Assembly (NCBI GenBank): GCA_023213395.1
Contig: CM041465.1
Span: forward strand, 153,581,741 to 153,645,740
Direction: 5' to 3'
Length of the DNA: 64,000 nt
DNA from: Cycas panzhihuaensis
Taxonomy: Eukaryota > Plantae > Cycadophyta
Shown: in pieces, positions 39,361 to 51,594 of the stretch
Layout of the letters: every line of letters begins with the position of its first letter
Numbering within the stretch: the first letter of the stretch is position 1
Translations under genes and position numbers: made by a program
The notes under the pieces: model-generated
The model's input: the letters and a program-made list of their open reading frames with translations, nothing else
Database searches by the model: none
Told to the model about the DNA's origin: nothing

Positions 39361-42025
39361 GTGAGTCCTCCACGCTACTCGCACCGCCTCCAGTTCCAGT
39401 CTGAACCCTAGTTTCAATCGCACCTGTTGCCTTCCCTTCCTCCACACATAAACCATATTACCATATAATGGAATAATTATTCAAGAATGATAAATATTTT
39501 AATATAATGATTTATCCCTTCAAAGTTATCACCTTGATGAGTTTTTCCAAATTGGTATCTCGTGAGGCTAAAAACCTACAAATTTGATTTTTGATAACAT
39601 TTTTGTGCAGTGTCTATTTTGGAACTTCTATCTCTTAGTTTGAATGTAATAAGATAATATATAACAAGACATATACTTCTCATTGGCAAGTCTCATCAAT
39701 TCGAAGAAAATACTCTATAATACGTTACTTCCTCAATTTTTTATGAGTCTAAGAGAAAATAAAATCCTTGCAATTACTAACTTCTATATATTTCTTATCT
39801 AGTGCTAATTTTAGGACATCCATTAGTTGTTCTAAAGATAAGGAAACCATCTTCAAGTTGGTAGACTTATTCTTTATAAAATATAACTTCTATAGTAAAA
39901 TATATAGCTTCAAAAAAGTCATAATTTTTTTTATTTATAATGACCCTTCACTTACAATACTTCTTCCATATCTTTTATTCATTCATGTCATGTGGTCCCC
40001 TATATATATTGTATATTTAAGAAATTTGGCTACTTTCATATTATGTAAGAAATAAATAATATATAAAGAGACATATCTTGTATCCCAATGCAACACAAAT
40101 CCATTATAGATATACTAACTAATTGAGTAAACTATAAATGTTACATCTTCACAGTTGGTAGATAATGAAATAAGGTTCTACCTCGCATAAGATGACTAAA
40201 TCTTTGAAATGAATAGAATTTACACACATAGTTAAGAAGTGACCAAACCAAGAAGGATAATAAATCAAGTCTAGGTTGGGTCTTCATAGACAACCCTTGC
40301 AGGTTTCTTTGGTAAACAAACTCTCTTAATCATCTCCTTAAATTAATGAACTCTAAGAATATGTCGTATAACCTAGATTATCAAATTCATCTTAATAGGG
40401 TAGTATGTGAAATCTATTCCACACCACCTACGTATATAATAATCACATTTCAAACTTAAAGAACATCTTCAATTTGATTCCTTAATAGCTAGAAGCCTAC
40501 TTTTATGGATAACCCATATTAATGATTGTTAATCAATCTCTCAAACAACATATCATACCTCTGGTAACTCTCACTATTATCTCTTAGTCAAACATTTTTT
40601 GATATTCTATTCCAAAAAGATATACATTTAGAAAACTAATTATTAATAACTTAATAATACAAATTAAACATTACATGTAATATTATGAAATTTAATATTC
40701 AAACACTATTAAGACTACTAATGAACATAAAAGATATACCTATATTTCTAATTCTAAGAAAGACAAATATCTTTTTGAGACATGGCATAATTAGAGTTGT
40801 ATTACCCTTATTTTAGAATCTAACCTAGAAAGTTTACTTCATTATAGCACATTTATACTTAACCCCCTTCCTCAATCACTTCACACACTAGCCTTAGTTA
40901 TGATGGAAGCCTTTCTTATAAGTACTATGTAAGCATGCACCCCTTCTTGTAGTTGATTCATTAATAGAAAAAGCTAAACCTCGAAAGTTAGTATGGAAGT
41001 CCATCTTCATTAGTGACTACTTTCCTTCCCTCTCTTTTTATGAATATAACTTTGTATCATCTCTTGGAATGTTAGTGGATACTCCCTTACCATAAGAAAA
41101 AGAATTTTAAAGAACTATATATTGTCAAAACTAAATTTTCTTAGTTTTCTAACTATTTAGAAATACAAACATGTTGAAATTGAGTTTCCCTATGTAATTT
41201 CTTTCTTCTAGGGGTTGAAGAATTTTGTTTCACTTAATTACCCTCTAGGTTCAAGTGCTATGGCTCTAAATTCAGCAAATCAATTACTCAAATTTTAAAT
41301 TACTACTCTCTAGCCCTCCAAATAAATTTCTACTCCCTTATTTTTGTCCATATTTGATTAGATTTTTTAATGGGACACATCGTCAACACACCATTTTTTA
41401 GCTTAGAGGGTGTATATATTTGTCAAGGAAAATAATCTTCTCTTAAGTCTATCCTATAACATTTCTTCATTTAATTAGTTGCTCATCCCTTTGATTCTTC
41501 AATCCAAGCTCATGAAATGGATGTTCGTGCATAATTGCTTAAATATAAATCTACAAAATCATGGATAGTGCATGCTTGTTGTTCCTTGTAAAGTTGATCA
41601 TTATGAGAGGGCCTAGTTTACTAAGTTTTTCCTAAAAACAAGCTAAGAGAGCTTTGTGATTGATAAAAATGGAGAATGGTCTTGATGAAGATGGCTTCTA
41701 CTTAAATTTTACAAGGCCTTTGAGATATTATGAACCTTGATTTCTTTTCTATATACGAGAAAATAATTTATATCTTCATGTTGTTTAGGAGACTAAAGAC
41801 AAATAATTACTAGGCTAATTTCTAGGCATAACGTTGATGTACTCTAAAGTAAAGAATGGCAATTCATTATTTTCAATCAAATAAGAAAACTAAGGATAAA
41901 AACAATGAAATTTAAGAAAGGACGTGTTTGCTAGAGTAATAAAGAACCTGAAAGCCGTTTTCTTTCATTGGTTTTGGACATTACTAACATTGACAACACT
42001 ACCAGCAACGAGATTTCATCTACGT

Positions 42026-43097
42026 TCATTTTGGTTTGAAGAAATGGTGCTCCAAAGCTTCCTTAGCGGAAAGACTCTCCCTTGGGTCGAACTTCACCAA
42101 ACCACGAAGCAAATCAATGAGGGCTTCTGGACTGCTCGAACTCTGTCTCTGGATGCAGCCCCCCGTGACCAGTTGAGTTCCCTACCATTTCTAATGTACT
42201 CCCTTCCACAATCAGCAGCCTATTTTATCATATATTGAGGAATTGGTCCCAATACCCGTTGCACCATTGCAAGGTTTTCCAAATCATCATCGGTCTGAAA
42301 AAGGACATTTCCACATAATAATTCCGCCAAAATGCGCCCAACACTCCACAAATCGATAGGATAACTCCATCCAACACCCATTACCACCTCAGGTGCTCGG
42401 TATGCTCTCGTGGTAACTACCTTGCCATGGTATTGGTTCTCGAATGTGGCAGTACCAAAATCTATGAGTTTAATCGCACTTGACGAGGGAATGCACTTAG
42501 AACGATTCTTACGAGACGAGAAGAATGTTGTCAGGCTTTAGATCAGTATGTGAGAGAGTGAGCTCATGAATGAATGCAACAGCCTCCAACAGCTGACGTG
42601 CGAATTCTCGAATCAGAACAACGGACAAGGGCCGCTGATTGTTTCTACATAATAAATCGTATAAACTCGGTCCAAGCTTTTCACAAACAATGCACACATG
42701 GGCACCATAACGAAACCAAGTCTTCAATTTCAGCACCGGATCCATTGGTATCAGACTCTGCTATCGTGCGAAGAATGTCAATTTCAGTCATAGCTGCAAC
42801 ACCATATTGCCATTCATTGCGTATAACCTTAATGGCTACATCCTCTAGCTTTTCACCATCCCAACAATCTAAAACTCTACCAAAAGTTCCTTCACCCAGT
42901 TTGCTAATAATCTTGTACCGAGATGTTATGTTTTCTCCAACCTCAAACACGTAGTGCCCATCTTTGTTATGGGACGCAACAGCATGTACATGGTTACATC
43001 TCTTCTCATCACGCTCCTTTTTCTTCCCGTTATTGGACCGTAACTCTTTAATACGATGACTTGTGTAAGGTTTTTTATAATAAACTGCGCTCTCCAT
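42026..43097 (-). pseudogene. Intronless LAMMER-family (AFC/CLK-like) protein kinase pseudogene, copy A
   Basis: KDGHYVF, LGEGTFGRV, VAIK, EKLGPSLYD, HTDLKPDNIL, IKLIDFG, TRAYRAPEV, ENLAMVQRVLGP. Net deletions of 15, 5, 41 and 52 bp relative to copy B, and at least one stop. Confidence 0.93.
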
Positions 43098-43245
43098 GCC
43101 AAGAGATCAACCAAGCAATTATTTCAGCGTGTGTATCCAATTATTTTCGATCCAAATTATTCAACTGCACAAGGGACACTCTCCCGATAACAATATCAAG
43201 ACTGCACACACAATAGAATCGATGTCTTACTGCATGACTTACTAC

Positions 43246-43269
43246 TATATATAGATCCACGTGTACGTG
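43246..43269 (-). promoter_or_regulatory. Candidate kinase promoter: two ACGT boxes (G-box CACGTG, ABRE-like TACGTG) next to a TATA box
   Basis: TATATATA at 43246-43253, CACGTG at 43258-43263 and TACGTG at 43264-43269, ~150 bp upstream of the ATG. TATA and both ACGT cores persist in copy B (~53038-53063). Confidence 0.45.
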
Positions 43270-43849
43270 CGACTGACTTATAGCACAACACATAGAGACA
43301 CCATAGGCATGTCCTTATTCAGTACGTCTCTCTTCTTAGAACTCCTCCCCGTCCTCTTCCCTTAAGGAAGGATAGCATACAGTAATTTTATTAGACGGCT
43401 ATGGGCTTGCTAATACTTCTCATCAACCCAAAAACTAGAACATTTCACAAACAACCGCATTAAGGACACTACTAAGGAAACTGACATAGCGCATGTAAAA
43501 CTAAGTCAACTCATTATTTTCTAAAGATGCTTCATACCATTAATGCACTCATTTACTTAAACTAACGACTCGTACTCCACCTTGCTCTAAAACCTTATAT
43601 TAAATCCTACCACCATGTCTCCATTTTCAAATTATTAATAAAGGACATGGGATGTTGCTAGTAGAATGTATCTATGATGATGGAAATGTAATATAGAAAC
43701 CACAGCCAATAACATGGTATCAAATGATAACTTGCATACTCAAAATTAAGGCTCTTTTAAACATTATTAATGGAAATTAGAAAAAACTTGAAAAGTGTGT
43801 TAATGACAAGAACTCAAGCACTAATAAACCATAATAAATACGAATAATA

Positions 43850-44400
43850 GAAAATAGAAAGAACTCAATCTATGGTTATTTGGAAATGCCATTTATGGAT
43901 ACAACGTTTAAGATGGATTATGCTAGAATGATTATTGTGGGGTTTATCAGAGATGATGGAAATATGATATGAACCATTATGAACAACCTCAATTACTGCA
44001 AAAGTATCGTGCCAACAAGAATAAAATTTATTGATGCAAATTCATCATTAACTTCGTCAAAAAGAATAATGAGTTGAATAGGGTAAAAGAAAGAAAGAAA
44101 AACAGTTTGATCATATGTTAAATTCGGTTGCATTTTGATATCTTCTAGATTGTTTAAGTCACGCAAGCAATCTTCACTAACCTTTCCTAGTTTAATGAGC
44201 CAAGTCTCAAATGTTATACAATTCAAAACGTGGTTGCAGATATCTAAATAAAGGGAATGAATTTTACTTTTAATGGGAATTATAGATTCTTGACCATAAA
44301 CTAGAGAAGATGTAACAAATCCATTAGTTATCATGACAATGGATCAATTGAGATATAAGTATGAATAAATTTAACAATGTTAATCATTTCTGTATTCATG
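43850..44400 (-). pseudogene. Heavily decayed Ty3/Gypsy integrase C-terminal relic (unit A)
   Basis: SSLVYGQESIIPIKSKIHSL resembles the Gypsy integrase motif TPFxLVYGxEAxxPxExxIPSL. Confidence 0.6.
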
Positions 44401-45169
44401 GATGATAGTTTTCAAAAGCGATATTCAAGAGAAGGGTGATACAAGACAATGTGAAAGGTAAGGTAGATACATGTGGTATATTTGACAATGGAGCTATAAA
44501 TGTTGAATATATTGTCATATGAATATGAGATGAGAATAATTGGTAGGGAAACAAGGTGGGGATGAGAAGTATGTGGGCGGTGTAAGTGAATGCAATGAAT
44601 GTGGGCACTTTAGAAATAGAGTCATGGAGTATTAATTCAATGAGTATTAAGGGTATTTTCATAAATGTGATGATCTCAATATGTAAGTAGTGATTGTCTA
44701 GATGATAGTAAAAGAAATAATGTTAGGAGGTTAACCATAATCAAAGGTTATAAGAGAGTTAAATTCAAGAATGGTACTAACTTGTATATATCAAGGGTTA
44801 CTAAAATTGATATCTATAAAGACTAAACAAAATGACAACTATTAGGTAATACAAGGTAATATGGTAGTCAGTAGCTATGTGTCTATAATGTTACTAGTAA
44901 GCATAACATTATGGGAAGTAAAAGTCATAAGCATGATGAAATGGTGTTATTTTAAGGCATTTACTTAGATACATACAATTATCTCATAATTCTATGGGGT
45001 TGGTAGGGAGTTAATGAATGATTACATTGTAAGATCTCCATAAATGTGACTTAAACAATTTGCGTAAACTTTACAATATTTATATACACACATAAGCAAG
45101 GAAGTTAATAGAGATTACCTAAGAGTTATCAAAGTACAAAAACCTTTGCATGGGTCAAGGTTTAGAAAT

Positions 45170-48100
45170 TGTTAAGGAACTCCTTGAAAAGGATGGCTCT
45201 AGTTTTAAATACTTCAGAATCTAAGAAATCATGTGCTTTGATCAATATATTAAGTAAAATAATATAACTATGCAATAAAATGTGTGAAATAAATAAGAAT
45301 AACTTAGATGGATAAAGTACGAGTGAATTTGTTACTACGTAGAGCTCTATTTGGGAGGAGATTCTACATTAATTATAATCCAATGTATAATACAATGGTG
45401 CGGGTCTTAATTTATAGGCAACTTACCAATATTTAGAAGATACAATAGGCTGACTAAGCAACAAATAAGGCAGACCTAACTAGTTTATATAATAACATTA
45501 AATTATAACAAAGAGTTGCCTTAATATTATACAATGTCCATAAATTATATGAAATATAAGAAATGATGGGTGCTATTACATGGTTTTAACACCATCCCTT
45601 AATAGGAGCTTGATTTCTTCTGATACTGAGGTCATGTCTAAACTGTTTGAACTTCGATTTACTAAGAGCTTTGGTGAAGATGTCCACAACCTGGTCCTTA
45701 GTTGGATGATAGACGAAATCAACTTCTTCGTTCTAGACATGTTCATGGATGAAGTGATGATAGACCTCAATGTGTTTGGTTCTATTACGAAATACAGGAT
45801 TCCATCTCTAATACACTTTGATTGTGGTAATAGAGGATGATGGGTGCATGTCGTTGAAGTCCAAGTTCGGCAAGAATGCTTTTAAGTCTAATCAGCTCAG
45901 TTGTATGATGGATGACTTCTTTATATTCTATTTTGATGGAGGAAATAGAAACACTTGGATACTTATTACAGCTCCACAAGATTACAGGTAAATTTATGTC
46001 AAAATAATAACTTGAAGTTGAGTTGTGAGTGTCTTTGCAACCTGTCCATTCAACATTTGTATGTCCCTTTAGTATAGGGGAATTAGATTCATTATGCTTA
46101 AGGCTAAACTGATGTGTGCCACTGATATATTTGAGAATCGTAGTAGAGACTTTCTAACGAGATACTTTTGGTTATTAAATGTACCTAAAATAGATCCCTA
46201 CTACATATAAAATATCCATACAAGTGTGGCTGAAATAGATGAGGCTTCTAACTAATTGTCGGTACAAAGTGGAATCAAAAGGCTTTCCTTGTTTATCTAA
46301 GTTTGGCTTAATTTCTTTCTCCATAGGAATTGGTGCTATTTTATATATTGTCATCCTGAATATTTCTAAAAGCTCATTAGCATACTTTGTTTGAGTCTGA
46401 AAGATGTGTCTTAGTTCTTGTCAAACATAATGTTCAAGGAAGTAGTGGGGTAACCTTGGATCTGTTATCTCAAACTTACTTTTCAATTATGATTGAAGCT
46501 AAGCAAGGCCATCTATTTCGTTGTCAATAATTGCAAGATCATATCCGCATAGGGAACAATGATTACGGTTAAATTATCTCTAACCCGAATGTAGAGATCT
46601 AGGCCATAGGGTGAACAATTGAATCCATGCTAGTTAAGGACGGCATCAATCTTTATACGCTAGGTACATTGTGCTTGTTTCAATCTATAAATGGATTTTT
46701 TGAGTCTACATACCGAGTGTTCTTATCTTGGAATAGTATAGATGGTGTGTTGTTTCAAGAAAACCTCTTTTTAAGGTCTCTATTGAGGAAAGGACCCTTC
46801 ACATCCATTTGCTAGATATGCCAATTAAATTAGATTGCTAATGACATAACCAAATGGAATGTGATCACGTTGGCTACCGGTGCAAAGGTCTCATCATAAT
46901 CAATCCCATATTGTTATTTAAAACCTCTTGCTATAAGGCGAGCTTTGTGAGTATCATATTTTGTTAGGCCTTTTAGTAGTTATAGGAGGAGGAACATCCA
47001 TTAATAATTGTTATACCCATTAGGAGGTAGTTGAATGCTAGTGGCTTCCACATGAAGGTCATCAACTAAAATTAGAGGTAATGTTATACTTTCTTAAGTT
47101 ATTGATGTAGATGCTACTAGAATTGATGAAGGAGATGCAGTGTATAAGGAGGCTAGCATTGGTGGCTCCAGAATTTGTCCAAGAGTCACTTAAGATGCAC
47201 AAACTTCTTCTACTACTATAATATAAGGTTGAGGTGGAGGTAGGTCCTATGAATCTTCTATAAATATTATATCTCGTGTTGTGTAAACTTGGTTCCCAAC
47301 CATGTCAAATACTTTATAGGCTTTACAACCAAGTACATAGCTAAGGAAGATGCATTTCAGGCTCTTGTCATCAAGCTTCTTTCTGTTGTCCTTTGAAATA
47401 TATTTATATGCCATGCATCTAAAGACATTCATGAGTGTTACTTATGGTTTTTGACCTAACCAAACTTCTTTAAGAGTAATATTCCTAATAGCAATTATGG
47501 GACTTATATTGGTTAGATAAGTAGTTATGGTTGTGGCATTAACCCAAGAGCTGGTGGTAAGATTTGCAACACTAAGCATAGCTTTTCCTTTATTTATCAA
47601 TGTCTAATTCATTCTTTTGACTACACCATTTTGTTGAGGTATGTTGGGAGCTGAGAATTGATGTTGGATGCCATGTTCCTTGCCCAAAATGTTGAAATGA
47701 TTAGAAATATACTCACCACCATTATCAGAACTAAGGAGCTTGATTATCTTTCTACTTTTTTCTTCTATGGCAGCTTTGAACTCTTTGAATTTATTTAAAG
47801 TTTTATACTTATTTCTTAGGAAATAAAACCACATTTTCCTTGAGAAGTCATCTATGAATGTGATGAAATGCTAGTTTTTATTGAGTGGTTAGACAGGTAC
47901 CAACCCACAAATGTCTGGGTGGACCATCTCTAATGGTGCTGAGGATCTCCATGCATTCTTAGAAGGAATTTTTTCTGTTTAGTGCTTTTCTATTAGGCAA
48001 GCCTCACATATGTTGTTGTACCTCTTAATTTTATCTTAACCATGTACCATTTAGAGATTAAACATGAGGTCCAAGCTTTGCATATTTAAATGACTTGGGC

Positions 48101-49775
48101 ATTGATGTCACAAATGTTCTTTGGAGCTATTTGAGATGATAATTTCCTTTCAGTATGACAATTCACCTAGTTCTTATATACAAGGGCACTCTTCATTAAT
48201 CATTTCATTTACATTATCAATTGGAGTTGTGTTGGGCATTAAACAAGATTTATTTTATGGAGCAGTGGTAAGGGGGATACCACCCAACCTATATAAGCCA
48301 CCATCTTCATGTCTTATGGCCACAAGTTTGAATGTTGCATGATTTATGATTCTACTAATGTACTAACCAAAGAGGACATCTAAATTATGTTTGATTATTT
48401 CATTGGTAGAGAGAAAGTTCATCTCCATTTCAGGTGAAAGGAACATATTATTAATGTGGTGCCTTATATTAGAGTCCTTCGAGGTTATTGGAGCCTTACC
48501 AATCTTGGTCATTATCATTAGTCAAATTATCCCCAAATGTGATAGTTTAAGTATCGATTGGGTAGGACTCTTCTAACATTTTTTCTAATCCAATCAGATA
48601 TCTCATTGCACCTGAGTCAAGGAACCATGTATCCTCATCAAGATGTGAAGAATGATCTGCAAAGAATAGGTTATGGAAGGAGGAATCCTAATTTTCTACC
48701 ACATTGCTTTCCTATTATTGATTATTGTGCTAGTTCCTTTAATTTTTTATAGTGAATTGCTGCTTATTTTGAGGTCTTTCTCCTTGAGTGGGTCTCATAT
48801 TCCAATTATGTTGGTAGAATTGGCCTTGTGGTTGGAATGATGGCCCTTCTTACTATTGAATAAGGCCTATTTACTAGAAATATGGGCCTCCTTGTTACAA
48901 AATAAGACCTTGCTATTATAGAAAAGGGACTCCTTATAGAAGGCACGATCCTCCTTACTAATATCCTAGTATATGTTCAGAGTAACTAGGACCTACTTGT
49001 TGATATGAGGGTCCTCCTTATTAGCAGATTAGACATAATTGTTGATAACAAGAGGTATCTTATTAGAAGTGAGGCCCATATGATTGGCTCCCTTGATTTT
49101 ACAAAAGTTATGAATCAATTTATCATCTCTTGCATTCAATAACTAAGGGCCTTTTTTTATCATAGTAGAGGCAACTGACATTTGGTCTAACCTATTAATT
49201 CTTTTAAAGTTGTGCATATGGCTGGTATTGAGACAGTTAATGCCAATGACTTACACGGGAGGAGGAGGTGTCAATTGGTTATTACTTCTGTTAGGTTGGT
49301 TGTTGATATGGCTCTTGAGATATAGTCAGAGAATCTCATTGTTGAGTTAGATCTTGGTGTTGACTAAGTTGTTGAGCTGATCTACTGACAGTCTTACACT
49401 TTTCTGAGTTATGGGTTGTAAAGGTAAGAGCGGGGTCAGATATAGATGTCGCACCAAGTCAATTGAGTATATTCTCCTCTTGTAATAAGAGTTCCTCAAA
49501 GGTCATGAAGTGTAGTTTGGAATAATTATAATGTAATTTGGAGACAAAAGAGTTATATTCTATGGGTAGGATGTTCCTGATGCTAGAGATTAAATCATGT
49601 TTTAAAAGTGGTTCATTAAGGATTATAAGTTAGTTCCTAATTATTTTGACTTCAAATAAGCGACGTGTAATGTTACTAAAAAAAATATACCTTTATCAAA
49701 ACTTTATGAACGTAAACAAGATAAGTCATGAAAATGAGATTAATTTTAGATTTACCTATTCATTATAGGGTGTAC
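45170..49775 (-). mobile_element. Decayed 5'-truncated Ty1/Copia element (unit A)
   Basis: Candidate 422-bp 3' LTR 45170-45591 (TGTTAA...TTAACA); PPT at 45592-45602; RNase H DQVVDIFTKAL; RT relic; integrase SDNGGEY..PQQNGVVKRMN and RKKLDDKSLKCIFLSY; gag TFEELLLQEE. Confidence 0.88.
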
Positions 49776-49779
49776 CCTA

Positions 49780-50650
49780 TGCTTGGCACAAATAATTATA
49801 CCCAACTAAGACATGGGAGAATATTATGAAGTAATTTAAGTAGAGATTATAAAAGTTTTGAAGTAATGAGGTAGTGGAGTTATCTCTTAAGGAAATGAGA
49901 TAAAGGCTAGTACAATTACTATTAATATATATATGAAAAATAAATATTAAAGTTGTAAGTATGATGAATAGAGAAAAAATCATGGACTATAATATGAGAA
50001 ACTATTTTATAAATGGGCTAAATTCTAAAGTAAGGGCCACAGTGGTGACTCATCCCTTGAAATGCTTCCATTGCGCACATGAGTTGGTATTAGACTTTGA
50101 GAAAGAAATGGACATTTAAAAGGGCAACCACAAACCTTATTATTGAGGTCATGAGATAAAATGTAATAATTAAGAAGCCAAAATATAAATAAACCTTTCT
50201 ATTAAGTAACAAAATAAAGGAGACCTCAAAAGTTGAAACCTTTAAAAAGGAAGTCACAAGGTTAAAGTTATAAAGAAAGAAACCTCAAGTTACTAAGGAG
50301 AAGAAGAATAAAAAAATATAGGGGTAACGAACCCTAATTGAAGAAGTGGTGTCACATTTGTGGTAATAATTCATATTCTAGTAAAGATTGTGACCTAAAT
50401 AAGAGGAATAATATGGTAAAAAAGTAAAGTACATGGTGTTATATTTGTGATATGGATAACCATAATATGAATAAACACTATTTTAATAGATGTAAAACAA
50501 ACCAATACAACAGAGGTTATGGAAGAAGGAACAACTTAACCATGATGCAATATACTAATGATGCAGGAAGGCATGTGAAAAATAATAATGCATGAAGAGA
50601 GAGTAAAGGAAAAGTACTAAACTAACTAAAATAATAGAGATAAAATTGAT
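49780..50650 (+). pseudogene. Decayed Ty3/Gypsy gag relic with two zinc-knuckle remnants (unit A)
   Basis: YFINGLNSKVRATV; WCHICGNNSYSSKDC (~50347) and WCYICDMDNHNMNKH (~50434) fit degenerate CX2CX4HX4C. Confidence 0.6.
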
Positions 50651-51594
50651 CTATCCTTAAGGATAACACCTATAGAGAAATAAAACATCACCTAATAAGA
50701 AGGTTGTCAAAATCTAAGAGGTCCACTAAAGCATATATGCCCAAACTATTAAGAAAACTATCTGTTTGGCCTCTTGTAGATACCCTTCACAAAGAAGAAT
50801 GTCCTATCCTAATCCTAACTCTTAAATATATCTAAAACACTAGATTCAATCTTAAAATATGAGAAGGGACTAACTAGAGTAAGAGTCTTAAAGGAGTTAA
50901 TACCATAGGATCCATATCATCATAGGTAGGTTCATGGAAAATTATCAATACTAGTGACTCATCTCACATAAGTTTGAGATAGCCTAGTAGTACATACATT
51001 TAACTCCAACTAGCCTCGAGCTCTAATAGGTAAAATAAAAAGAGGTCACTGCTCTCAATAAGATGCATAGAGTTCACTCAGTCATCGAGGCCATACATAT
51101 AAATGCATAGTCAGGATAGATTCCCTCCATTAGGCCAATCAGAATATGAATCATAAGACTCTTCTCACATAAGGCCTAGAGATCACCTCTCTCATCTAAC
51201 AATTAAATCTAAGTACAAAGAAAGTGATCTGCCTTACTTGTAAAAGAATAAGGGCTTTGAGATATTATGAATATTGATTTATTTTGTATACGTAAGAAAA
51301 TAATTTATATCTTCATGTTGTTTAGGAGATTAAAGTCAAATAATTATTGTTGAACTAATTTTAAGGTGTGATGTTGATGTACTCTAAAGTAAATAAATGA
51401 CAATTGATTATTTTGAATCAAATAAGGAAACTAATGACAAAAAATAATTAAATTTAAGAATCGAAATGTTTACTAGATGACTAAAGAGCCTAAAATCCAT
51501 TTTCCTTCATAGTGTTTGAACGTTACTAATATTGACAACATAACATAGATGATACACTACCAGGAGTAAGTGATTCCAGGTATTACATCTACGT

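Larger units (their letters stand above)
33092..39464 (-). mobile_element. Full-length plant L1-clade LINE with RNase H domain, inactivated
   Basis: TSD ATAATGGAATAATTATT at 33075-33091 and 39465-39481. Short poly(A) (T run 33090-33098). Empty site in unit 1 at ~26163-26179. ORF1 and ORF2 domains present. Confidence 0.96.
41713..51249. repeat. Tandem duplication 2, unit A
   Basis: Colinear with 51250-60411 from AAGG.CTTTGAGATATTATGAA through TAAAGGAAAAG at ~50614. Confidence 0.9.

Noticed and set aside
41713-42025. Poly(A) tail or TSD of the kinase retrocopy
   Set aside because: None visible; the retro-origin rests on the absence of introns only.
42026-44400. Kinase as cargo in the 3' region of the adjacent same-strand Gypsy relic
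   Set aside because: No enclosing LTRs or PPT were found, and the integrase relic is far more decayed than the kinase.
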